A stretch of DNA of 64,000 bases from Tubulanus polymorphus (lineage: Eukaryota; Animalia; Nemertea): positions 4,650,001 through 4,714,000 of the forward strand of contig NC_134028.1 in NCBI RefSeq assembly GCF_964204645.1. Direction: 5' to 3'. Every line of letters starts with the position of its first letter. Position 1 is the first letter of the stretch. A program made the position numbers and the translations under genes. Below, one piece after another: positions 30,608-41,924 of the stretch. The notes under the pieces were generated by a model. The model searched no databases and was not told where the DNA came from. It saw only the letters and a list, made by a program, of their open reading frames with translations.

Positions 30608-31343
30608 TCATCACTACGGACAAGTGTCTCGAACAACTGTAAATAATCTATGGATTATTCATTACAACGTTATCACGAACTATGAATTTCCTCCCGAAAT
30701 TTAAAACGATATGAATAATTTCCGACTTGAGCCAACAAACTATTCGTTGTAAAGAGTGGGATCCTCACAGTTAGTGTTGAATTAAATTCAGTTAACTTTC
30801 AATGTTTCAACTCTTTAGTCAAATCTTCACTCAGAACTGTGGAGCTGGGTTCAGATTATCGAAGTTTGTTATAGCTTGGTTGCACTCGCTGACAGTCAGT
30901 AGGTTGTGAGCTGAAATAAAGCTATTAAAATAGTGTAATGCACACAGCCATTTATTTAATGGTTTATTATAATGTTTGTCTTGTGCATAGTAAATTTATT
31001 TTTATTATCTGTCAGATTGAATAATGTAATGTCTGGGGGTAGGGGGGGAAGATGCACAGCTGTGACTGCTATGATACAACGCACTGCCGATCAGTCACTT
31101 GTGGTGATTTCATCGTTTATTTACATACAACGCATGTTTAAATCAATTATATCTACAGTGAAATAAACTGTATTATCGTAATATGTGAAATTGAATTGTA
31201 GTTATTTTCTACTGACAGGTCGTGTGGTGACAGCAGCGGATTCAGGGTCACAAACAAAAGAGGGCATTTAGGACTGTTTTCTAAGCTTCGCCGGAAATTC
31301 AGGAATAACTCAGTTCATTCTCAACCATTCCCTGCCCCCAATA

Positions 31344-31517
31344 CAGCGGAACCTCGTTACAACAAATTCGGCTACAACGATTCATCGGATATAACAAATA
31401 AAGAATTTCGTCCCAAGTAACCAAAATTCACTAATTTCAGACCGGATATAACGAACTATCGGTTATAGCGAACTGATTTTCTGGTCCCGTGAAGTTCGCT
31501 GTAACGAGGTTCCACTG
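31344..31517. mobile_element. Tc1/mariner-pogo (Tigger-like) MITE
   Basis: TA-CAGCGGAACCTCGTTACAAC...GCTGTAACGAGGTTCCACTG-TA: TIRs plus TA TSD; related inverted copy at ~40610-40752. Confidence 0.85.
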
Positions 31518-32400
31518 TACTTGTGAGAGCTTCAGCTGGAAGCAAACTAGCCTGGATGATTGAGGATGCTGCAATCAAACTTGCTGAGGTCGTCTTTACT
31601 TGTCAGAGTGGCCACTTTTGAAATATTATAAGACATAGACAGAAACTGTAAGATATTATGCACATAACTATCTCAACAAATTTCCCTGACTGTTCCTTGA
31701 TTTTGAGCTTTTTAACATAAGTCCCTGACTTCGCCCTGATTTCCAGTGGCCACTGAGCTTGTGGGTCTCCATGAATTTGTATTTCTAATTAAATTTTCTT
31801 AGTGTAAGTCATATAGATAAGTCATCACCATAAGGTCACCACAACGTCAAAGGTTCTACTGTAAATGGTTTTTCTCCAGAGGATTATTTCATTATGAACC
31901 AAAGGCTTCAATTAAGCCTTTTTCGTCAAACCTGACCCTGTGGATTACACGTATTCTACTGTGTAACGATTTATGAAAAATTCCCCACGGAAAATAGGAT
32001 TTTCTCGACACAAAGGAAACCACTCGAATCAGTGCGATATCAATGAATACGATAATAATTTATTGTTTGTTTCATTATTGCTGATATGCTATAAATTTCA
32101 TTATCATTAAATATAGATTGATGAATCGATGATATACACGTAGACTAACACTCCACAGAGTACACACTACAATAGACAAGTAGAATACAATAGCTCTTAC
32201 CACTTACAAGCAGCTGGTTTCATGTTGTATAAACAGATGTCTTTAAATATCAGTCAATTAAATAACTGCCTACGTATCTTAAAAACATGCAGATCCATGT
32301 TTGGGTAGTTTGTTCAGCACATGCAATCAAAAAATTCATGCAGTAAAACTGGAAGCTTCAATTTAACCGAATAAACTTAAATTCAGATCCGAGAGTCTGT

Positions 32401-35400
32401 TCATGATCTTGCGCTTAACGCCTTCCGAAAGAGTTCCCAATTGTTTTTATCGTGGGGATAAATATGAAGTAATTTTTGAGTCGCTTTAAAAGCTTCATCG
32501 TTGCCTGTCTGAATCAGAGCTTCGGCTATGATTCTACTGGCATTATATCTATGATCTAGTTCATAAGCTTTATTAGCATAGGCTATAGCGCGTTCGGGGT
32601 CGCCCTCTGGGGGACAGTTTAACGTGTAATCGGCTAGAATTGACCATAATTCTGCGTTATTCGAGAACGATTGAGCCAATCTAGTCATCTCTTCAATCGC
32701 TTTAGATTTATCACCGGCGAGAGAATAAAATCTAGAAATCAGATGACATAGAACTGACTGCGTTCGTCGGCTGCTGCTGCTCGGACCGTCGAGGAATTTC
32801 TCTAATTCTTGCAAAACAGCCATCGCTAATGTTACATCAGATTGTAACAGAGCGAGGTAACATAGAGACTCCAGACCGAATACAGACGCGCTCTCCGACT
32901 GCGTGCTCCGAAATAGAGCCGTTTTAGCCGAATCCGGATCGCCGAGAATGAAAGATATTTTCCCTATAGCGGCGAATAAATGAGATTTATCGATATCTGT
33001 ATTCGCGACTTCGACGGCATTCGTAAAACTGAGCAAACTTCGTTCATAATCACCGGCGTGATAACACGCTAGAGCATAGTAACAAATATCCCCTAATTCA
33101 CTCAATGGTTCGATCAGTTCCCATTGAGAAATAGATTCAGAGATTTTCCCGAGTTTATACAGAACACGAGCGTAATTAGCACGAATTAAACTACAATCGC
33201 CGGTCGTCAACGCGACGTTCAAAACTTCAGAAGCGGATTTTAACAAATTCTGTCGTTCGAGCAGCAGACCGGCTAAATTCAAAGCTACGCGATCGTTTCT
33301 GATGCGGTCGTTGTATTTAACGAGGGCGTCGGACGCGACCGAAATCGCGTACATCTGATCGACGCAATATCGATAGAGATCCGACGGAAGTTTCACGACG
33401 CCCAACAACGCTTTACAAACCCAGTGACCGTAACCGATAAACCCTTCGATATGATTATCAAGAGCCGTCGTGTGACGAAACAAATCCATCGCGTCCTCGT
33501 GACTGACGCGCTCAGCTATAATCGACTGACCGATCCAACTATCGACGTAAGACGGTTCTAAAGATTGCGCTTTTTTGAACGCTCTGTGAGCCAGGTCGAT
33601 ATTATCGCGCTTCAAATACAGAGCGCCGAGATTCGTCCACGCTTCGACGTTGTTCTGTTCGAATTCGATCGATTTTATGAAACAATGTTGAGCTAATGAT
33701 GGATTGTTAGACATGGTGATGACTCCTAGAGTCAGCCAATGTTTGTAGTTCGTACTACTCAAACAGACAGCTTTCTGTAAGGACTGCATCGCCTTGTTTG
33801 AGAGTTGTGAAGTTTGATCCCGGGGACTGGCGAGACTCTGATAGTGATAACTAACGCCGAGATCGTGCCACAGATTCGAACAATCGGGGAGTATTTTCAG
33901 AGCTTGACCGTAGCACCTTCCACCAACGACTAGCAGCTCGTATTTAGACACAGGCGAAACTTCACCGATTTCTGACGACTGTTTTAACAGTTTACGAGGA
34001 ATTGCCATTTTACAAATCTCACTAGGAACAGGATTAATGATAGTACAGGCATCTCCGAGGCATTTCCATAAACTCGATAAATCTGGTCTCATACTAGCAG
34101 CCTGTACTAGAATACCGATAGCGCTCTGACAGTGGTCTACCGCGCGTCCGTGAAAGAACTGATTCAGTGACCGCCGCGCGATCTGTAAATGAGTTTCGGC
34201 GAGACCTTTTAGAGCGGGTATATAGTCGGGAGATTTCGACAGTAATGATTCATAATCGTTCTGAGCTTCCCGATAGACTCCTAACGATTCTTTGATGGAA
34301 GCGATTTTATAGAGGCTGTAAACGGAATCCGACTGTAGTTGATTGGCGCGTTGGAACGCTTTCATAGCCGCGTTATAACTACCTCGACTGACGTACACCT
34401 CGCCCAGACATTCCCAGACATGATAATCATCGGGATCACTGCGTAGCGCGCATTGAAGCGAAGCTAAAGCCGATGAGGGATCGTCGACTTGTAACTGGTG
34501 CAAACCTAACCGAAGCCACGCCCATTTAGCGCAACCAGCGCTCGCTTTAGAAGTAACACTTTCGAGAATATCAACAGTTTTATCTTCTTCTCCGAGTTCA
34601 ATCAGAATATCGACTAACGCTTCCCCGACTCGGTCGCTAGTAGGTTTCAGGGCATACGATTTCAGGAAACATTTCTTAACTTTTTCCTTATTGTTTTCGA
34701 AATGGGCGTAAAATTCGCCTAGATAATAATAACTATCGCTATAGTTCGGATCTAACTTCACTGATTTAATTAGACTCGATAGAGCTTCGTTCTTATCGAC
34801 TGAACCGCTCTTCGCGAGTTCTAAAAGAACCCTTCCCACCCAATAACTAAACACGCCATTACTAGGTTCGATAGACAGGGCTTCCCGGAAGCAGTTCAAA
34901 GCCTCGTCTAAATTCTGATTGTGAAAATGACAACAGCCATTCAGAGACAAACATAGAGCTTTACTCGTGGGATCGGCCACGTTTAGATCATTCATCCTAG
35001 CTATACACTGTTCTATATCACCTCGATAATACTGGCAAAAAGCTTTCAGAATTTCAACGTCTGCAATAGTTTCCGGTAAAGTTTCTAGAATGCGCACAGC
35101 GGCATCGATACTGTGAGATGTTCCGTCATCGAGCAGACCGCGAACTAGACACAAATTCAATTCGTTAACTACACGAGTTACGTCGCAACCTAAATGAACG
35201 CAATTCGACTTTTGAGCGAGTTTTAAACCGGATTTCACGGATTTATCGACCGCGTCGAAATCGTGCATCGCGCAATACGCTCGACTTTGAAACAATCGAC
35301 TCAGTAAAACAAGCGATTTCTTTTCGACGACTCGATTCAACAGATCGATAGCCGCCGTGAAATTCCTCTTGAAATAATAATCGCAACCGCCGATTAAATC

Positions 35401-36237
35401 AACGGCGTAAGATTCAGGGTCGTTCGCTTTTAACTTTCCTAAAACGTCGATCAAATCGCCGCTCAGAGTGCACGCGTTTAAACATCGACTTAACATAATC
35501 AACGCTAATTTCTCTAAAGGATAAGATAGTTGAGGATAAATTAATATACATCGTTTACATTGTATTTCTATTTCTTCCGGTTGAAGATTCATTTTGATGA
35601 TTAACCTAATGAATTTCACCCACATCTCTTGACCAGCTGCTTCCTCCGAACCCGGGCCCCCGTCCCCCGGGGACCCATCTGAATATAGAACTTCTTTATA
35701 AGCCTTGTACAATACGATTAAATCATTATTCGATAATTCACTACTGCGCGTTTCTAACAACCTGATTATATTATTCTGTATCTCGAATTTTTCTTCAGTT
35801 TCATCTGATGATAGAAGGAGTTGATAAACAGCGACAGCGCCATCTATAGATCCCTCCAATTCGTGCAGCATCGCCAGTTTTTTCGAAAATTCACGTTTTT
35901 TCTTCGAATCATTTTCGAATAATTTGGTAAGTTTTCCGTACGTCGTAACGAGGTCAGCATAATAGTCCGTTATATAGTGTTTCTCGTAGAACGCTGATAA
36001 TCCTTGCCACGCGAGCGTTTGATCAGGGTTCGAGTCTGTAGCTCGTTTGTAAGCAGTCAGAGCTTGTTCTGGTTGTTCTAGTCCTTCAGCTGCCACGCCC
36101 ACAAACACCAGAGCGTTGTAATTGTTCTTATCATCTTTCAATACAGTTTTACAATGTTTCAACGCTTCTTTGAAATTTTTCATCTTTATCGCTTCCCGCG
36201 CGTTTTTCAACAGTGACTTTATCTCCTTAGTTTCCAT
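32401..36237 (-). CDS. SKIC3: SKI3/TTC37 (SKIC3) TPR scaffold of the SKI complex; single-exon CDS, 1278 aa
   Basis: N-terminus METKEIKSLLKNAREAIKMKNFKEALKHCKTVLKDDKNNYNALVFVG matches TTC37; AKWAWLRLG, LAQHCFIKSI, WTNLGALYL, WIGQSIIAE, AMDLFRHTT motifs; many TPRs. Confidence 0.95.
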   Translation of the reverse strand: METKEIKSLLKNAREAIKMKNFKEALKHCKTVLKDDKNNYNALVFVGVAAEGLEQPEQALTAYKRATDSNPDQTLAWQGLSAFYEKHYITDYYADLVTTYGKLTKLFENDSKKKREFSKKLAMLHELEGSIDGAVAVYQLLLSSDETEEKFEIQNNIIRLLETRSSELSNNDLIVLYKAYKEVLYSDGSPGDGGPGSEEAAGQEMWVKFIRLIIKMNLQPEEIEIQCKRCILIYPQLSYPLEKLALIMLSRCLNACTLSGDLIDVLGKLKANDPESYAVDLIGGCDYYFKRNFTAAIDLLNRVVEKKSLVLLSRLFQSRAYCAMHDFDAVDKSVKSGLKLAQKSNCVHLGCDVTRVVNELNLCLVRGLLDDGTSHSIDAAVRILETLPETIADVEILKAFCQYYRGDIEQCIARMNDLNVADPTSKALCLSLNGCCHFHNQNLDEALNCFREALSIEPSNGVFSYWVGRVLLELAKSGSVDKNEALSSLIKSVKLDPNYSDSYYYLGEFYAHFENNKEKVKKCFLKSYALKPTSDRVGEALVDILIELGEEDKTVDILESVTSKASAGCAKWAWLRLGLHQLQVDDPSSALASLQCALRSDPDDYHVWECLGEVYVSRGSYNAAMKAFQRANQLQSDSVYSLYKIASIKESLGVYREAQNDYESLLSKSPDYIPALKGLAETHLQIARRSLNQFFHGRAVDHCQSAIGILVQAASMRPDLSSLWKCLGDACTIINPVPSEICKMAIPRKLLKQSSEIGEVSPVSKYELLVVGGRCYGQALKILPDCSNLWHDLGVSYHYQSLASPRDQTSQLSNKAMQSLQKAVCLSSTNYKHWLTLGVITMSNNPSLAQHCFIKSIEFEQNNVEAWTNLGALYLKRDNIDLAHRAFKKAQSLEPSYVDSWIGQSIIAERVSHEDAMDLFRHTTALDNHIEGFIGYGHWVCKALLGVVKLPSDLYRYCVDQMYAISVASDALVKYNDRIRNDRVALNLAGLLLERQNLLKSASEVLNVALTTGDCSLIRANYARVLYKLGKISESISQWELIEPLSELGDICYYALACYHAGDYERSLLSFTNAVEVANTDIDKSHLFAAIGKISFILGDPDSAKTALFRSTQSESASVFGLESLCYLALLQSDVTLAMAVLQELEKFLDGPSSSSRRTQSVLCHLISRFYSLAGDKSKAIEEMTRLAQSFSNNAELWSILADYTLNCPPEGDPERAIAYANKAYELDHRYNASRIIAEALIQTGNDEAFKATQKLLHIYPHDKNNWELFRKALSARS

Positions 36238-36983
36238 AGCGTAAGAGCAGCGATTATTTGCATCAACTTTTAAGTACGATTCTGGGTCTGAAACGAAACA
36301 TGAGAGAGTAGAGAAACTCTGAAAACACTAAACAGCAGAAAGGCGCAGTGACTGCGAGATAAACCACACACAGCGCACATAGGCATAGCCAAGTTGGAGA
36401 ACTTTGTCTGATGGTGGTAATATAGGCCTATTCAGTAATTGTTCATGAACTTATATTTAATCACTGAATATATTACCACCTTGCCTTTGAATTTCGCTGA
36501 CATATAACTTTTTTTTCTCTCTTAAACAGCTACGTTAACGTCATGGTTTTTTGTATATCAATCATCATGGTTGTAATGGAATAATTCACGCGTTACGTGA
36601 TAGAGTCAAGTTTAAGATTAGTAACGAAGGGAGGGAGGATAATGAAACACACCTGCTGTATGAGTTCACTGACTGTAGTACGATTAGGTTTTCACAATTG
36701 AACCAAATTCTCCTAAATCGAAAAACGCCGAAATTGAAATCGAAACTACAAGTGCATATAAGAGGCTGCCATTTTTAGGTCATGTGACCCACTTGAGCGT
36801 GGAATTGTAGACTGGTTACCGGTCAAAAAGTTATTGAATTGAATTGAATTGGTCTCTACTTCATTGGACAGGTAACCAGTCTAAGTAGATTTGGACTATC
36901 TACTAGGAAAAAATATTAGCTATTTATTCTCACCTAGGAATAAAATAGAGCACCGCCGTATTAATGTCATGTGACTGGACAAA

Positions 36984-39517
36984 ATGGCGGACGAGAATAT
37001 TTCTGTGGTTTTGCAAGAAAAAATGAAGTTAATTTTGGTATTTATTGACTTTCACTTTTATAACACACTCTACTGGATACACAGTAACCTCAATTACAAT
37101 ATTCAGCGTTTATGTTCTTATATTTCAGGAAGATAAACCAATCCCCAAACCTGGAAATGATGGTAAGTTGGTCTTGGTTGGGGCTTTGTATGCACCACAG
37201 TATGGGGACTTGGTGGTTGGGTCATTATCACGAAGAAACACGCCAAAATGAGATAGGGGAAGACAGCTAATTTTATTATCTTGTGTTATTGGTGATGTTC
37301 AACCGGAATTACTCTACTCGGCCATAAGCTCATTTCATGAGAATGACTTTATTTGGAAGTGGATATTTTGCCAATGCAGCAATTCGTAGAAACGCTATTT
37401 TGCCAATGGCTATATAGTCAGAATAAGATAAACTAATGAAAATAACAATGAAAGCATTTTTTCAGGGTTACAATAGGGTTCACCTTCCATTTTTTCTTCT
37501 GTAGTTTTCGGCTTTCAAAATAAAAATGTCAAGTGTGTTCACAGCTTCTCTTTAAAATTTATTGGTTATGAAATCTGATTCCAGAAGTGCAAATTGCGAT
37601 GCATAGCGTTGGTATTTGTGGCTCAGATGTTCATTTCTGGAGAAAAGGCGCAATCGGTGAATTTGTAGTGAAATCACCGATGAAACTAGGTCACGAGTCA
37701 AGCGGCATCATCTCAGAAGTTGGGTCAAATGTGAAGCACTTGAAAATTGGTAAAATCTGAAATACTTCAATCTTAATAACATCTATATATATTTTAAGAA
37801 GTCTGATCAAAATTGAGTTGTAATTCAATTTCTGAAAACTTAAGGTTAGTGTTGAATCAAAATTCTGGAAGATGATGACTTTCTTAAGTATCTGCCTGTT
37901 ACTAATACAATTTCCTTGGCTTTACGGTAATCCCTCTCGAATCCCACCTACCGGTACTCCTACTGATATTTATATAATAATACAATCTGTTTGTGTTTGA
38001 AGGTGATAGAGTCGCGATTGAACCACAAACTACATGCGGAAGTTGCCGTTTCTGTAAAGGTGGGAGGTATAATTTGTGCGCTGATGTCAAGTTTCATGCT
38101 ACTCCTCCTTTTGATGGTACCTTAGCCCGTTATATTGTACATAATGCCGACTTATGTTTCAAGTGAGTCAATTACTTGTTTCCTCGAAAATACTGAAGTG
38201 TATGATCGCAAATTAGCCACTCTGTTTAGGCTACATCAAATGCTTATTGTTGATCATATCAGTACCTGGACCTTCATTCTGTATTACATGTAATAGATCT
38301 CTACATTTTAGAGTTTCACAAATATTTGATATTGATGAATGCGTATTATTTTAGGATTCCGGATAACATGAGTTTGGAAGAGGGAGCACTGTGTGAACCG
38401 TTATCAGTTGGAATTCATGCTTGTAGACGCGGTAATGTTTCATTGGGTCATAAAGTACTCATCACTGGAGCAGGTACCACCAATCTAAACATCATATTGA
38501 AACCACAGGGTTCTGAATATCTTATAAAGTTTTCATTTTGTAGGACCAATTGGTTTAGTATCCATGCTTTCGGCGAAAGCAATGGGAGCAAGTGAAATCT
38601 GTGTAACGGGTATTTAGATAATCTAATTCTCATTCAAATCCACGATATCTCTTCCCTTCTCTTGCCTCTGCACTTAAAAACTATGCACTGTTTCTAATTG
38701 AGATATCTCTGCTGAACGTTTGGAGTTCGCGAAGAAGATGGGAGCTGATCACACACTCCTCATCGATACTCAAGATGTAGATGTTCTTTCTGAGAAAGTT
38801 CAGACTGCTTTCGGTGTAAAAGCTGATGTGACCATTGAGTGCTCAGGAGCCCAGTCTAGTTTGGAACTTGCTATATATGTAAATTTGATTTCTATTTACA
38901 GATATCCCTGTAAAAGAAATATCGAATTTAAAGAGGTTTATTTTTGTTGCAGTCGACTGCTAATGGTGGTTGTATCATCCTTGTCGGTATGGGACCCGAA
39001 AAAGTAACAGTACCTCTACTTTATGCAGCCTGTCACGAGATTGATATCAGAGGAATTTTCCGTTACGCAAACACGTAAGTCACAACGACCATTGAAAATT
39101 GAAACTGTTTGAAGTTGCCTGCATTAAAGTATAGTCAACCCGCGATATACTGCACCCCAAACCCCCGCCTACCATCAGGTTTTCTCAATGTATATCTCAA
39201 TACAAATACATAATAAAACACCCCTGATATACCACCATACTCTTTATACCGCCAAAATCGTTCTGCGACGATGTGGACGGTATGTCGGGGGCTGACTGTA
39301 TTTTACAATTCATATCAGACATCTAATGTAGTTTTGTTTTTGTTTGTTTTTTTATAGATGGCCGACAGCTATCAGTATGATATCTTCAGGAGCTGTGAAT
39401 GTTAAACCTCTAGTTACGCATCATTTCCCTATTGAAGATGCACTGAAGGCGTTTGAGACAGCTAGTACAGGAGCCGGGGGTGCTATTAAAGTTATTATTG
39501 ATTGTTTTAAGAAGTAA
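36984..39517 (+). CDS. SORD: Sorbitol dehydrogenase (Zn-dependent MDR family), multi-exon, head-to-head with SKI3
   Basis: [84 protein letters not shown] motifs across GT-AG exons. Confidence 0.95.
39132..39298. mobile_element. Tigger/pogo-like MITE in the last SORD intron
   Basis: Ends tagtcaacccgcgatatac / gtatgtcgggggctgactg flanked by TA. Confidence 0.6.
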
Positions 39518-39652
39518 AACATCAACTCCATATGTGCGCATATATTCCTAAACACTTATTCTTGAAAGAATTATATTATATTTTATCCTGTTTGAAACTA
39601 CTGTCAACTCCGATATAATGTTAGTTATTGTTAACAATTATGTTAGTGATAA

Positions 39653-39871
39653 GGCTGAAAAAATTGATACCTTGGTTCCCATTTCTGCTGAGGTTAAAAG
39701 TTGACCTGGCCGGCCGCCTATATACCTAATACATTACTATTTTTAAAATCATGATCAGGCTAACCGTAATACACCCAGCTGCTATAGCAATGAACTGATT
39801 ACAGATTCCATTGTAGTTTACAAGGGTGACCCGGTCGATTAGGTGAAACAAGGTATCATTTTTGTTTAGCC
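39653..39871. mobile_element. MITE with GG-initiated TIRs in the SORD 3' region (Zator-like by its ends)
   Basis: ggctgaaaaaattgataccttggttccc / ggtgaaacaaggtatcatttttgtttagcc inverted repeats, flanked by TAA/TAT. Confidence 0.6.
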
Positions 39872-40609
39872 TATTTTTTTGTAAAATTAACTCGGGCCTA
39901 GACATATAACGGTGCTAATTTACATGAGTATATTTTCCGATATGAATGAAATATTTTTACTAATAAATGAATGGATAAATGCTATATATGTAATTGAGTC
40001 TTGTTTTATTTAATTCTTTAGTAAAACCGAAAAATCTGAATTTTTGGTTGGCCGCTGCTCCTTATCGTACTTTAGAGATCGCTACTTTAGGAACGGTCAG
40101 ATTGTAACCTACTGTACCATGTGATTGATAAAAGATATTTCTTGTCAATACTAAAACAGAAGTTTTAACAACTTTGAATATACTTCCTCTTTATGTAGGT
40201 GATTCTACTTATCGATTAGTGACGGCGAAGTATTTTATGAGTCCACGATTATGACATTTTTCTAGGTCAATTTCCGGTGGTTACAGTATCACATCAGTAA
40301 TTGATAAGTAAATAGTTCATGAGAAGACTATGGCAGTCAAGCTAGCTATCAAATCAACATATATAGCAGCGACAACTGGTTTTCTGCACAGCCTTGTTCG
40401 TAATCTCGATCTTGTCTGGATAAGCTGTGTTGACCACGATTGCGTGTATGCTGACGATGCCGCACCATGCTATGAAAATGAAGGGAATTTAGAATCCTGT
40501 TCAACGGTCAACACGGTTGTATAAAAGGAAAGTCTACAAACATTCGATTAGGCTTACTTGAAACCAAGGATGACATGAAGATTTGACACACTACAGTTGG
40601 GAGCCACTG

Positions 40610-40752
40610 AATGGATCCTGGTTACAGCGAACTTCCGGGACCGGAAAAACTGTCCGTTAGTTCGTTGTATCCAGTATGAAATAAAACAAGTTTTCTTGAA
40701 TTGTTACATTCGATGAATCGTATCCGAGTTCGTAATAACGAGGTTACTCTGT
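40610..40752. mobile_element. Degenerate second copy of the Tigger-like MITE
   Basis: ggttacagcgaacttccgggaccggaaaa and taacgaggttactctgta match the reverse complement of 31344-31517. Confidence 0.6.
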
Positions 40753-41924
40753 ATCCAAACGGGGGCAGTTATTTAGACACCATGAGACAATATATCAACC
40801 GAGATAGAGATTATTATGTTTATTTATCTTATTAATCATTTCATGAAAATATAAAAGAATGATTCTATTCAGAACGAAAAACATGGTTTATTGCGTTGAA
40901 AGGAATATGAGTACGAAGATAAATATTTTATTAAAGACATGCATAATATATACACACATATATAAATATATTTAGAGAAAAGGACAAAGGATTTTTCGTT
41001 TCTATTTAGAATCAGGAATTTTTCAATCAACTTTAACTAAAGTACTAAGTACAATATTCTGTTGACACTACTGGCTAATATATTGTTTGAGAGGAACCTT
41101 AGTGAATAATAATAATGAATGATAAAGGTGCATTCAATCGAATACTAGTGCTTTCAAAATAAATACCGAATTCAGGATTTATTTTCAGTTTCAGTTTCAG
41201 TTTAGTTTTTTGCTCAGGAAATAGTTACATTGCACAGTGCACAAACAGTAGATAATATACAATAAAGCACACTACGTTAATAATAATAATCGTTTAATGT
41301 GTAATGTGATTAAGCAAATGATGACCTTTTATCGCCAGATTAAGCGAGTTTTACTAGAAAAGATTGTCTTGACTAATGCTGATTAGGGGCCTACCATCGG
41401 GATGTCTCCAGAGGTGTCTAGGTATTAATTTGCTTCTCAAGCTTTGGAGAACACACTAAACACACTAAAAATTGTCTCCAGTCTGTCAGAATGTCTTCTA
41501 ACATGGTTTCGCTCAATCTGGCGATATCTACCAATTTCAATGGGCGACTTACGGTTCGAGCATCTGAATCGAGAAATATACCCCTGCAGTAGATATTTTG
41601 TAGCAACCTTCGTTATTTATGGAGATATATGATATTATTTTTTAATAGGTAATTATTTCTATAGTATTAGTCGCTCCTTCACGTTTCTATGCAGTGAATG
41701 TTTACTGAATAGAAATGATTTGTATTTTTTTTCACAAGAATTTTAATCACCTGGATCGACGGGTGTCTATGTGTAATTGGGTTTTCCCGATACAAAATCA
41801 AATAAACAAGTTTTTTTACCAAGATATGGTGAAGCACTACGATTTTTCAAACTGTTATAAAATGAGGTTTAGTTCACAGTTTCATTTATTGTGGTCCTAG
41901 AAATGAATAAACCACAAATCTTGT

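Noticed and set aside
13735-36237. ZNF598 plus SKI3 as an mRNA-surveillance gene cluster
   Set aside because: They are separated by unrelated genes (PDI, NUF2); chance proximity is sufficient
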